Origin: Marsupella aquatica
Taxonomy: Eukaryota; Plantae; Marchantiophyta
Length of the DNA: 64,000 bases
Direction: 5' to 3'
Assembly (NCBI GenBank): GCA_973895155.1
Contig: OZ316898.1
Coordinates: forward strand, 15,034,330 to 15,098,329
Numbering within the stretch: position 1 is the first letter of the stretch; each line of letters begins with the position of its first letter. The notes beneath the pieces were generated by a model that saw only the letters and a program-made list of their open reading frames with translations, ran no database searches and was not told the DNA's origin. Of the stretch, positions 41,071 to 53,900 are shown one piece after another. The translations under genes were made by a program, and so were the position numbers.

Positions 41071-44000
41071 TGGAAAATTTGTTTTAGGTGCATGCATCAT
41101 TTGTTTTGATTGCAATAGTACTAGCACACATTCCTACGTTGGATGTGTGTCACTTGGCTTTCATCCAAGCGTTTGGGCGTAATCCATGCCCTCTTGGATT
41201 CAGTATAAATCAAATGGTGAGGGACACTTTCTTCTCATTCTCACGTTTTGATAATTTCTGCGTCGAAGCGATTTTTTTTATCTATTATCTTTCTCTTCTA
41301 TTGTTTGCCTTAAAATGTACATAGTACTAGAGCATCCTTTGGCCCGGATAGCAAAGGAATGAGTGGTTGACTTGCAGATGGGACCTTAAGAAATAAGGTC
41401 TCTTTAAAAACTTAGAGGTAGGGCATCCTTTGGCCCGAGTAGCAAAGAAATAAGATAGCCATTATGAATCTAAAAGGGATAGATGTCCTTAATCTTCCCC
41501 TTCATAACCCGTTTTTTGTTAGAGTCCATCTTTTAGACAAGTCATCCATGAGACAATATTTAATCTATCATTTTGGAGTTTAATTTGTAGCTGCTGTTAT
41601 GAATTCTAACGAGCCAATAGTATAGTCAGTAGTGTCTTACCGAGAGGAATGGAAGTGTATTACTTTTATCCTCTATTGAAGTCATGGATCTAAATAGGAG
41701 TCCAAATGACATTCTTGTTTCATATATTTTCTCTTGGAGATATTATGATCATATGTCATAGAAAGAGTAGTTTGTGAGAAGTGTTAATCCGTATGTATGG
41801 TGAAATAAGATTTAATAGTATATTAGTTTCATCTGAACCTTTCTTAATACTCACTATCCTACTTACTAGAGTTATCATTTTGGTTTTAGTGTAAAACTTA
41901 TGGGCATGCAAGGTTAACTTCATAAGAGCCAATATCTCCACCAACATGCTCTTACCAGAAAACACAGTCACTCGGACAATGGCTTCACTGGCTATGTCAC
42001 ACTCTTGCACCTAGGAGGCTCTGGGATCAAACCTTGTCGGCGCCGTAGAACATGCGCAGGGCAGTTTTTTTATGATTGTGGCTCACCAAAGCTGCATGAA
42101 GGACGATTGAGGCACATTATCGCAGCTCCAAAGGAAGAGGAAGACAAGGATAAAAAGATGGGCGCATTGTTGTAGCCCCAAAGGAAAAATAGCGGAGGGT
42201 ATGTGGGAACACGGAGGAAGACCTTCCATCGATATTTGCTGTTTTTTCCCATTTTTTTATGAAAAATACTTCCTGTCGAGAGTCAACGTCCAGCCCAAAG
42301 GACTCCTTGGGAGTGCAACTCACTGGAAAACGTGAGGTGACGAGTTCAAATTGTGGACTATATTTTTTTGGGTGGGTGAGATTGTGAGAGGGAGTCAAAA
42401 GGAACAATACGAGATCCAGAAGAGTCGTCAACAATGGAGGTGTAGAGTCAAGGAAGGCGCAAGAGAACGTCCTTTTCACTGTATAATAACCCTTTTCACA
42501 CTCGTAAGATAGAGGCTAGAGGAGTAGCAGAAGCTCTCGCCAATTTTATTCTTTTGAAATAATATGTGCACACTCGTTAGTAAGGAAGGGACAATATGTT
42601 TCTTTTTGAAAAAATATTTGCACACTCATTTGTTAGGAGGAGGGGAATAGCTATGGTTTTTAACAATCTGTTTTATTTAGAACTAATGTGTTTTGGGTAT
42701 GTGAGGTGTCGTATGCTAATAAAAGCAAATATCATCAAATATATGCTAGAAACTCGGTGTTCGTTCCCTTGGAAGAACAAGAATGGGATGAAAAGATATT
42801 TTAAAGTGTTTTGAGTGGTTTAGAGATGGTACTCAACATCTATAAGAAAAATAGGATCTTAAACAAAACACAAGCAATTAACAAAATATGAACAAAAGTG
42901 GCATTTGCTGAATAATAGAATCTTAGAGCTTTTAGAGGTAGAGTTTAGCAATATTTAGCTTCGTCACCATGTCTTAAGAAAGAGCTATGGCATTATGTGA
43001 GACGTTGATAAGTCAAACATACCCTTGCTATAACTGCTCTCTAGGTTTCTATCATAAATCTACATGTAAGAAATGTCTATGCTCACAAAACCCAAGATAA
43101 GTTTTGGATTGTGTGTATAGTAGTGTGTCATTAAAATCCCGACAACATGTTTCCTTCTTCAAAGATGCGCAATTCCAAAGGAAAACTAATGCACATTCAG
43201 TATACTTGTCACCTGCTTATCATATGATTTACACGATAAATATGTATTTCTTCCTACTGAAATTGTTTGTTATCGTATGATGGGAACGTGGAGGGACGCT
43301 ATTCGGATTCTATTGCATGTAGGATGAGTATGTTTGATTCCGCTCCCAAAAGTGTGATTTTTGATCAAGTCTATTGACTAGCCTCTCTGCTTTTGATCAA
43401 GTCCCATGGATTACACCACACACGCTCCTGCTGGTCGCTGGTGGAGTGCTATCACCACCCCCCTACTCACATGGTTGACCAATCCGTGCAAGGATTCCTT
43501 AGACACTTCTTGGGGAAAGAACACAATCATGACACATAAAAGATAACGCTACACCAAAACTTCAGGAATCAACCCAAATTCATATCTTTCGGTAAGAAAT
43601 CGTAAAATATTGCAAGGACAACCTGGCCTCCTGCCGTCTGCCCAACTCTTGCCTCACTGGGGCAAGTGCTACACCTCTACCTCACTACTCTGGCTTGATT
43701 CCCTCTCCTGGCTATGAGATAACTTCCCTAAACCAACACTAGAATGAGTTCCCCCCCCTTAGCTCACTACGGGGCTCCCCTTAAATACTGAAAAAAAACA
43801 CCAAAGCAACCCTCGTGGGGTCACAACGATGGCGGCTACCCTAGTGGCACCGCTAAAACCTTTCACAAGGAAATCCCTAACCTAAAACATGCGGCACACA
43901 CATGCTTCTAAAACCCTAATCTAACTACGGGATCGATGGTGCCTTCGACGGTGCCAAACAACAATCCGGAATCCGTAGTCTTGGGGAAGTGAGGAGGCCC

Positions 44001-44562
44001 TCCCATGGTTGAAACTTCAAATATTTCAAACTACTCCCCTTAGGGGAGCCCTGGACAGCCCTGCTTCTCCTGATCACGGATCCGTAAACGACACTCAAAA
44101 CGGATCCCGAACAGTCGAGATATGATCGTTTAAGTTTTTACAAGACACCGTTCCCTTCTGTTTCGTCCGTACAACATTAGGGGCCCTGGCTTTGACATAG
44201 ATCACAGTCTCCATAGGTGCTGCTACTTCCTCCTCCCCTTGGAAAGCCGGGACCTCCTGCAGTACGGACGTCCGTACGGCCTCCAAACTCTCATATTCTT
44301 AAAAAATCGTGATCCATTGTATCTCCTCCATCTTAGCTCTGTTTTGGCCGTGTGACACGTCGTTGGATTAAGCTCGACAAGCTCTTTCCAACAAGCCTGT
44401 AAACTCCTAATTTTGAGATGGTCAAAAATCTGATATTCGTACAACCAAGGTACACACATTGAAAGGAAACACAACAGGGAAAGGGTTTAGGGTTTAGGGT
44501 TTATGAATGGGTGGGAACCCCACAAGTGAGAATAGAGAAAAATGGAAGGAAGAAAGTGTGAG

Positions 44563-44747
44563 GGCCCCTTCTACGGATGTGTCCTTCTATGGAGTGCCCC
44601 TTCTACGGAGTGGTTCTTCTACGGAGTGCCCTTCTACGGAGTGCCCCTCTTCTTCTACGGATCGAGTGGTTCTTCTACGGAGTGCCCCTCCTACGGAGTG
44701 GTTCTTCTACGGACTGCCCTTTTACGGAGTGCCCCTTCTACGGAGTG
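44563..44747. repeat. Minisatellite, ~16-bp unit (CTTCTACGGAGTG core), ~11 copies
   Basis: Directly visible tandem array. Confidence 0.92.
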
Positions 44748-46188
44748 GGGAAGGGAAAGAGAACAAAAACCATGCGAGGACCACACAAAAGGTGAAGGGG
44801 AACACAAGTGTGGGAACCCCTTCTTTCTAAGGGCCCTCTTACCATCACTACTCCAGGATTGCCTAGTTTTACCGTTTTATGGGCATTGAGGTTTCTCAAG
44901 ATGTCACTATTTGATACATACCTAAACTCAACTAGGAAACCCCAATTTCGCATGGGGCTCATTGAGGGCTTCAAAATGAATCCAAACATGACCATGTTTG
45001 GAATAGTACTAGCACAGCAACGTCTGTTTCAAGTTTCAACGTTTTCTATATTTTGGTCATTATTCTCGTTTTGCGCCTTATGTGGAGCCTCCGGCCAGCC
45101 CCCACCCCTTCGAGATCCCCACACAATGCCTCCAAGTCCTTGGGATGCCTTGTGGCCTCCTTGTACCCCCTCAATGGTTTCCTTGTCATCCATCACCGCC
45201 CGACACCCCTCTTAACTCCGGTCTCCGGTTGTCGCATCCATTTATTAGAACTAACAAAAATAAAAAAATTTGAAAATCCAAACACTTTTACTACACCTAC
45301 TTGTCTTTCTACTTATATACGCAATTATAAGTCCTTACTAAGTTACTACCGGGTTTGAGGCCCTCTCACAATACCACAATGGTATTTCAAATCCATGAAT
45401 TAAGAATGTCGCTACTTCTTAACATATAGATTTCTCTTTCTTGATTACATACAATACTTATCTTTCAAAGATAAGTCCTTCATGTAAATACAGAACTTGA
45501 CAACAAATGTTGTAGTTTGAATTAGGCACCGACCAACGGATTCTCCAATACAAACAACAATTTGTATCTTTATGGGTTTGACTTCTTATGACAATTGCAA
45601 CATGCATTGTCATACGAAGGAGGGGTAGACTCCTAGCACAAGTAATCAAATTCCAAGGCATACAAATCTTCCTTGCAAAAATGCATTAAAAGTACAAACG
45701 ACAAACTTCAAGATGAGGAGATGCAAATAACTATCCACTCTGTCTCAAAATGAGACTGGTATCACAATAAGTACATGAAATCGCCCACGGGCTAAGGAGA
45801 ATGAAGAGACATGCCTCTTCATTTCCTAAGTCTAAACTAAGTAAAATAAAAGTCAACTTTGACTAAAGAATAGTCAAATAGTCAAAGTTAAGTAAAAGTC
45901 TACAAAAAAGTACTAATCTCATATTGTAGTAGGAGGAGGGTCGACTACAAGTAGAGGGAGGCGGGCTACATAACCAAGGGCTATCTTCCCTTTGGTCTTC
46001 TGTCCCTTCAAATACTGTCGACGGAAAAGGTCCTCACGATAACGAATCAAACGGGGCTCACTGGTCTTTTGAATGGGATGTCCATCCGGTCCGATCCAAA
46101 CAAAGTAATCTGATGGCCATAGAATGTCTGGAGCTGGAAGAGGGAAAGGTGCAATGACCTTTCTACAGTGATAAACCCCGTGATAAAC

Positions 46189-47772
46189 TCAACTCCAATG
46201 GTCAGGAGTCTTAATTGTGGGTAGTCTCAGCTTGTCGATAGGTAGCCATAGAATACCACGAGAAATTAGAACCATGTCGTAGGTGTGTGGAAAAGGAAAA
46301 GACTCATGACCAAACATAAGTGGAGGTAAAGGAGGTGCAAGAGGAGTGCGTGCGTCGATGAGTGACGTAATCATCCTATCAAACTGGGCGGGTAAGACAA
46401 AAATAGGCTCAATGTCGTCAATAGAAAAGACAATAGGAGGCTGAGACATCAGAGGAGTAGGGGCTATAAATGGTACACTAGGAGGCTCTACAATCTCAGG
46501 CTCAGGAATAGGCTCAAGAATGGGTTCATTTCCTTCCTTGGTAGGAGAGGGAAATTAATCATCAAGGGGTGATAGGGTGGTATCCTCAAGGGGGAAAATG
46601 GATCTGTAGGGGGTACTGGTGAAGGGGGTAAAGGCTTAGGGGTAGGAGATGGAGGGTGCTTAGGTGTAAATGTAAGAGGGATAGGGGAATCGATAATAGG
46701 GGAAGGGATGAGATCAGGTAGAGGGGGTGTAGGTGTGGATGGAGGAGGGAGTGAAGGATCAACAATAGGTATCTCCGTCTCATCCACATCCATAGGGTGA
46801 TCAGGTTGTGGTGAAGGTGCAAGGGGTGAAACATGAGGGGGTGGTGTGGTACGAGACTCGGAAAACAAAGTACAAATACAGTCAAGTAAATGCAGAGGAG
46901 TACAACTCAAGAGTCTAGTGGCCTCATCTACCAAATGCTGGTTGAAACCAGCTACACTAGCTAGTCGCTCAGCATCACCACAAAACCAGTCCATGACGGG
47001 TAAGAAGTGGAAGCAACAAAAGAGGGAGAAGTCATCCCTGGTAAATCCGGTGTTGTCGTTTGCTCCACTGGAGGGGGTCTCGGAGATGTCGTTGGTGGTG
47101 GAGTCAACTCTCTTGCTAACTCTGGTTGAGGTGTCTCGCTCTCCTCCTCCAATCGCTTAGCTCCACTGATAACAAGCAGCCTCTTGAAAAGTAAATGTGC
47201 GCCAAGTAGGGTGTCAGATAGGTATCACCGGTAGTAGACAGGACAGCCACCTGCTTGGCGATCACCTCCAAAAGAACTAGGGCCCAGTTGATCCTCCTCT
47301 TGCCGGCCCATGAAACGATGATAGAGCTGGTCAAGTAAACCATAGCCCTGGTGGGTTTGGTTGGATGAAAGATAGGTACAAGAAATCGGAGTAGATGAGC
47401 TAACTCCCGGTTCCTGCACTGATCAATCTTCCAACCAGACCTCCGGTCCTTGGTACCTCTAAAGTAGGGGACAGTCAAATCCTCCCCAACAGAAATTAGT
47501 CTCTCTCCCTCCTGGCTCAATTGGTACACCTCATAAACAATGGCGGCGGTACAAACATCAGCTGAACCTCTAGTAGAACTCCGGAAAGCGCCAGCTTGGG
47601 GTGGACGAAGAAAATCGGCAATGATGGACCCATGTACCATATCCTAAGGAAGAAAAAGTAAGGAACTCAATCCCATCTCTACCAAGTTGCTAAGGAGTCG
47701 AAAGTAAGCCTTAGGACCTGGGGGTAAAGTCACCCTAATGGCCTTATTGATTGGTAAGCTTCTGGTGGCCAT
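46189..47772 (-). pseudogene. Retrotransposon accessory ORF (plant transposon protein type) with Pro-rich tail
   Basis: YFRGTKDRRSGWKIDQCRNRELAHLLRFLVPIFHPTKPTR..KRRINWALVL..YLTPYLAHIY resembles, from recall, accessory ORFs of bryophyte Gypsy elements. Contains stops and frameshifts. Confidence 0.65.
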
Positions 47773-48816
47773 AGCTCAAAAAATCTGAAAAAACTTGAGA
47801 GCTCTCCTCCTAAAACGGCTAAGCATTGAGAATCAAGAATAAAATCTCAGGGATCTAAGGTAGCTGCGCTTGTGTGGGAGCAAAAATGAATTGAAAAGAG
47901 ATAGAAATGAAGGAGTTCTGATCAGGCGAAGCTCTCAAATGTGTAATTTCTTCATTTTCAAGAAATCAGAGAGCATCAATGACTCAATACTCCTCAATGT
48001 CTCATCAATGGCAGTTCAGAATTGGGGTGAACAATCTCTAGGCACTTGCGCTGCTATAGCAAGTGAAATGAGATTGAATGGAGGTCTAACAAGTGAGCAT
48101 CAAGGGTCAAAGCTCGCACCCTACTGCCAGCCGCCATGGACGTCCTTGAAGAAAAATGAAGAAAAAGTGTTTGGGCCGCCGCGGACGTCACATTAGGTCG
48201 TGGCAGGGTGGACGTCCCGGACGTCCCTATGTGGAGGCCGTCCAAGACGTCCTCGGGTTCTCCATGCGGGCCGTCGTGGGAGGCAGCGGCCGTCCTTGGG
48301 TGAAAAAGTGGACGTCTCAGACGTCTTTGCGTGGGGGCCATCCAAGTCGGCGCCGTCCTTGCCGTCTTTGTGAGGAGGCCTTCCCGGCCGTCCCTAGAGG
48401 CCGTCCAAGCCGGCACCTCATTTTTGAAACTTTTTTGATTTCTTGCCGTCTTGACGCCTAATATGTGAAAACCAGGGTGGCCTTGACGTCTTCCAATGGT
48501 ATCCTTACCCATTTAAGTTTAAACTAACTTAATTTTGCTTAAAGGGCCTTATAAAAACTTTAAAATTTAAATTTTTTATGGTTTTTGATACTTTAACTCT
48601 TCTTTTGGAATAATCACCTAATTACATGAGGGGACAAATTATTGTGAGGAGGCCATCACATGAAAGGTGCATAAATTGGCCATGAGGTGAATTATGCATA
48701 AAGAGGGAATAAAGGGACCTCGTACTACATGGTTATTATCTCTTGTTATTTGTTTTTAAATGATATTTTATATACTACTTGTATGTTTGACATCCAACTT
48801 TTTTCCAGCTGATGAG

Positions 48817-51800
48817 ATGTTGGGCAAACGCAGTAAAGACTATGTTCTCAGCATGAGTACAGAGGATGACCCATGTCATTGTCCCTCAGACCAGCGGAAG
48901 CGCCTTCCTCAACATGGTGGCCTTCTCAGGAAAAAGTGCCCCAGTGACGACATAGACTATAAAAGGCTTCAGAGACCGGATGCAAGGCCTGCAATCCAAG
49001 TCCCTCTTCACTTGTGGAATGAATGAGAAGAATTGAGAGTTTTACTTGGTGATGAACATACTACACACTCAGTTGTCATTGAGTGGTTGTTTCATGAAGT
49101 GCGAGATAGGGTCGAGCATTTGAGGAGATGGCAAGCAGCGCAAGTTGCTAGATTAGTACAAGATGAAGTTGCATCAACAACCGACATTGGAGCTTCATCA
49201 AGTTTTGTGAATCCTAGGATCATTCAACATTCACATCATGGCCAACATACAAATTTACATGAGGTATATTTATGGATAATTCTGTTATGTCTTCTACGGT
49301 TTTTTTGCATTTATTGAACATAAAATTTATTTGTTTAGAAAATAAAGTTTTCTATTGTTTGCTTGTGTTGTCTTGGGATAAATTTTTCTTTGGGATTGTT
49401 GATGTGGAGTATTCCAAGCCCTCTTTTCCAGAACCATAACCAGTCCATAATATTGTTACATCTTTGGTTATTTTCTACAGAGTCAACAATCTGTAACAAG
49501 TGATGCACAAACAGAAGAGCAAAAAGAATTGCGAGAGCATATTGTTGAACAATACCCATCAGATGCAGGGAATGAAGCCATGTTTTGAGATGAAGACACA
49601 ATGGTTTTTTATGCTTTAGGAGCTCCTATGCATGAGGAGGTTGTGAAGGAGGTGCAACAATTTACATTCCATACACATTGAGTTTTTCTAACCATACTTT
49701 GTTTTTACATGACATTTTATATTTTATTTCAATTCTTCTAATTATATAAATATTTGCATTGAATTAGGAGGTGGTAAACTTGGATTTCCAATCACCAGAA
49801 TATACACATTGAGTTTTTCTAACCATACTTTATTTTTACATGACATTTTGTGTTTTATTTCAATTCTTCTAATTATATAAATATTTGTATTGAATTAGGA
49901 GGTGGTAAACTTGGATTTCCAATCACCAGAACGATCTGCATTGCAACCAGATGTCATTAGTTCTAAACTCACAATCAGAACCACCTACCTCTAACCCATC
50001 AGTTACACGTAGATCTTCACCTCGGCAACCGGCTATAGTAGCATTTTTTGAAAGACAGTTAGTTTATACTTTTGTTCAAAGACTACTTCCTATGTGTCAT
50101 ATACCTGGATGTTCATTGTCTTGGAGAGTTGCAACAAGTTTGGTCTATTAGGATCAGTTGTGGGCAAGATGGACATGGTGGACGTTTGTCACTGGTGAGA
50201 ATGAGTGTGGAAGAAATCCACCATTGATTACTCCTATATTGTATCATTCCACTCTATGTGTTGGTCTTACATTTACAGTTCTAGCCGCATTGATATCACA
50301 TTTAGGTTTGCATGTCCCTTTTGCAAACCCATTGGCATGATTTTCAAAGCGAAAGGCGACGATCTCAAGCAGGATTGATAGATGTTGTCAAGCACAATGG
50401 GAGGTAAACAAAAGCGAGGTGTGGGAAGGTGTTAAAACTTGACTTGAGCAGCAATGTGCATTACATGAAGGTTTGCAAATGAAACTACTATACACGCAAA
50501 TAAAGTTTTTATATGTATAACTTAGTTAATTTTTTGAGTTTTGCATGGCAAAATCATGTTTTATTGTCATTACAAGGGCTTTGGCTCCAAGACAAAAGAC
50601 ATGTACACATTGTACTATGATTGAATGATTTTTAGAATTTTTGTGAATTATTTTTTCCAATCATAATATAGTCTTGATTTTCTTGCAGATCCTGGATTAG
50701 TTGTGTTTTCTAGATTGTCGTTGGGATTCTTCTCAGAGTGGGTATCATGGTACTTTCTCTATCATTGATAGCTATGATAATAGGATCCTTGAGATCACTC
50801 TGAGTAGAAGGAAGGAGAATAATTCTTGGTACATGGAGGAGATAGGAGCAAACAGGGTACTAGATAGTCTTACGGACATAGGAGTGATTATTTGTGAGGT
50901 TATGCATGATGATAAAAGTACCATAGATATAATTATTTATTGAGGACATGGGATTTATAAACCAGAACTCAAGGACTTGTGGCACAAAGCAAAAAATCTG
51001 ATGAAAAAATTTGTGGACAAGTTGTCAAGTGCCACATTTATCCTTACTATTGACATAGATACTGTGACATCTTGTTCTAATTTGCAAGTTGTTACAAATA
51101 AAAAATTGAGAGACTGGTTAAAGGATCGGGGTATTAGAGGCTACTCTTACTTGAGGAAGGAGGAGTTAGTTTATTGAGTTGCTGATTTGCTTGGGCTGCC
51201 TAAGGAGGACCTTGTACACATTGCTACGCGTGGTCTGAAGTTTCCAGAGTTAACAGAACACAATTTGGCAAGCAAATTTAAGACCTGGTTCTTTGTGTGT
51301 TGCCAAACATGTAAAAATAGGTATGCCAATACTAATTTTTGCATATTGCTTGTAATGCTACTTGATAAATATTTGGTGCATGAAGTTCAATTTGTTTTTT
51401 GTTTATATTTATTTATCTCTACTTTGCAATGCAGGGGCAAAGATAGTGAATCCTTGGCTTTTGAGTTAGGGAATTGCGCAGATCATTGGGCTAGTGATCA
51501 TGAAAGATGTATGACACTATCTAATCGCCCTTGTCAGCATCTTGGAAAACCAAATGCGTTATAGTTGGACTTGTACTATGAGAGAGGTAACTTACATACT
51601 CACTATGAGTATTCATGAATTTTTAGACTAATTGTTATTTTGTATGTTGCATAATATAGTAATTAGGAAATAAATAATGATCTTTTTGTTGGAATTGTAG
51701 GTGGAGAAACTCATAAGGCCATGAAAGCTTTTATGACCAAGTACATAAGGCCAGAAAAAATGCAATTTTATACGATGGCCCGTGAGAACTTCATGTATAA

Positions 51801-52053
51801 AATGTTTCATTGTGTAATGGGCAAGTTTGCGATAAAGCGTATCCATTTTCTAGCTACTCATGATGCCCGTTTATGTTGTACTACTATGGATTGAAATGAA
51901 AATATTAGAAGACATGTTTGGAAGGTTTGTTATCGTCGAGCAGTGAACACAATTATTCGCGACGGACTCTCTCATTCATGAGTATTAGTGGATTGTACTA
52001 AAAGTTGGAAGGAGCAGGTAAGTGTACGTATCTATGGACCACCTTATACCTAA
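48817..52053 (+). pseudogene. Kolobok-type DDE transposase, multi-exon, disrupted
   Basis: LDCRWDSSQSGYHGT (cf. GDGRxDSPG), SWYMEEIG, EVMHDDKS, DLWHKAK, HWASDHERC..CQH, MFHCVMGKFAIKRIHF, ARLCCTTMD*NEN. Confidence 0.8.
49672..49931. repeat. ~130-bp near-perfect tandem duplication covering an intron 3' end and exon start
   Basis: 49672-49800 repeated at 49803-49931. Confidence 0.92.
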
Positions 52054-52802
52054 ACCAACATACCTTAGGTAATTATGCTTGGCCCTCAAACTCGCATTTT
52101 TTTATTCAGACACATTGCATTGAGGATGGATGTGACCAAATATCATATTTTTAATTTATGTTCACAATTAGTCTAATTGTTCTATGAATTGATTGCATCA
52201 TGTTATCATTGCAGAGGGTTGTTTCTTTGAAAAGATCAAGCTACGACCTATAAGCATTTTACTTCCATATATTATAGAGTGGGTTATAGGGGCACTTGGT
52301 ATTTTTAGTGTTGAGCATGTACAACATTATATACATTATTTATTATTGACTTATTTTCTTGTGTCATGTATGAGTTGTAATACATTGGTGCAACTTTTGT
52401 CTCATTCTCTAAAATGTTTTTTATGTTTTGTACAATTGGTTTCTTATTTAATTCTAATCATTTTGGACCTATATATTGTGTTCAATATACCCAGGGTATG
52501 ATATAAAGCATTAATTTGCAAGCCTCAATTTGGTATACCATCAACCCATACACACAATTGAACATTTGATAACGTGACACAAATCTTCTATGGAGAAATA
52601 AAACACAATGTTATATTATAATAACAACAAACTATGTATGCTTATTATCCTAGTTTGGAAAACCAACATTTTTTTGGAGAATACTTTTATTTTGGTAAAT
52701 GGGGGTGTACTGCCAAACTGAAATTGATGACAAAAGTTTACAGAAAACATTTCTAAAAGAATACTCACAACATAGATACAATCCACAGTTGAGAATAAAA
52801 CA

Positions 52803-52848
52803 ACTCCCAAGGGGGTTTGAACCCCTTTTGTTGCCACCCAATAGGAGT
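52803..52848 (-). ncRNA. tRNA-like structure lacking an anticodon arm (copy 2)
   Basis: ACTCCTA / TGGGAGT acceptor-like stem and canonical T-arm AGGGG-TTCAAAC-CCCCT. Confidence 0.5.
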
Positions 52849-53048
52849 TCCAACCCTAAGGATAAGGAAGGAGACACAGGCCCAAGAAACACAAAATATA
52901 CTATAACAAATAACCCATGTGAACACTATATTTGACAAAGTTATAAAACAATGAAGAGAAGAGAAGAGAGCAAAAAGTTCCAAACACATAATACATCCCA
53001 ATATAAACCCAACTCCTAAATATGAAAACAAAGTATTGACCATGCATG

Positions 53049-53309
53049 CTACTCGCCAAGTCTCTTCCAGGTAGCATGTATGGCAGATGTAAGATTTTCT
53101 GGAAAGGTTGTAGTTTCCAAGAAGTTGGCAGCTGCTGCCAATTTTTCATAAACAACATCCCGTTGACACTGCCCCGTTTCTAAACTAGACATGCTATGTT
53201 TAGAACAACAAGTGACCAATCTTGCGCATACACGGCCTTTGGTTCTTACTTGACCCATACATGGGGCATACACAACCCTTGGCTCATAGTTGGCCCATAC
53301 CAAGCCCAT
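53049..53309 (-). CDS. KolX-like paralog 2
   Basis: RDVVYEKLAAAANFLETTTFPENLTSAIHATW aligns by eye with KolX-like copy 1. The 5' end is uncertain. Confidence 0.55.
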   Translation of the reverse strand: MGLVWANYEPRVVYAPCMGQVRTKGRVCARLVTCCSKHSMSSLETGQCQRDVVYEKLAAAANFLETTTFPENLTSAIHATWKRLGE

Positions 53310-53397
53310 ACTTTTGACATGGAATAAGAAAAATGCTCATTATATCTAGGGACCAGAAGAGGTGAGTGGATTTTCTTATCACATGTATGACCAAATT

Positions 53398-53442
53398 ACT
53401 CCCAAGGGGATTTGAACCCTTGTGTTGCCAACCAGCGAGAGT
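53398..53442 (-). ncRNA. tRNA-like structure lacking an anticodon arm (copy 1)
   Basis: ACTCTCG / TGGGAGT stem and T-arm AAGGG-TTCAAAT-CCCCT. Confidence 0.5.
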
Positions 53443-53503
53443 TCAATAAAAAAAGGATTTTATCTAGATTATAAGTATGCAAAAGACATTACAAGATAAA
53501 AAA

Positions 53504-53900
53504 CTAATATGGGCGAAATCCTACAAATTCTTCATGTGGGTCATGCCATATTGCTTTGATGACTGCTTCCACTACGTTTGGGAACTTTGTTCGTTGCATA
53601 ACCACATACCCAAGCCAGGTGTGTGTACACTTGGTAATGTTTCCGCTTGTTCATACTATCCACATAACTATATGCAGCACAAATCAAAATTTGGTCCAAA
53701 AGTACAACAGGATTGAGGGCATCGTGACATTTTGTGACCACATGACAAAACTCAGGGAAATCAGATTGGATTTCATCTAAGGTTGTCCTACGTTGGATGG
53801 GAGGAGCCTCTGGTTCAGCTTGGGCATCTTGGCAAAGCAACATGAAGGATCCATCATCGCATTCACACAACCTAACCTTGGTCCTTTGCTTGCTGGCCAT
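53504..53900 (-). pseudogene. KolX-like gene (P2X7 C-terminal 'ballast'-like domain)
   Basis: NKRKHYQVYTHLAWVCGY, then a frameshift at ~53597, then QRTKFPNVVEAVIKAIWHDPHEEFVGF. Fits the pattern N..RY.AY....G...R..P.CV...IR..P...Y.GF. Confidence 0.72.

Larger units (their letters stand above)
43353..48660. mobile_element. Gypsy-type LTR retrotransposon remnant (LTR-like ~43353-45370 plus accessory ORF region)
   Basis: TGTGA..TCACA-bounded ~2-kb segment with internal tandem repeats, an accessory ORF, and a purine tract followed by TGTGAG at ~48628-48648. Boundaries and orientation uncertain; no TSD found. Confidence 0.5.

Noticed and set aside
40010-42480. Several 60-120 aa ORFs and short direct repeats
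   Set aside because: Likely old repeat debris; no family could be assigned.
44483-44503. Telomere
   Set aside because: Only 2-3 TTTAGGG units inside an LTR-like repeat.
44563-44747. CRISPR-like appearance of short repeats
   Set aside because: Head-to-tail ~16-bp units with no unique spacers, no cas genes, and a eukaryotic context; it is a minisatellite.
52803-53442. Genuine tRNA-Glu genes
   Set aside because: The T-arm resembles tRNA, but there is no anticodon arm and the length is only ~45 nt; reported as tRNA-like instead.
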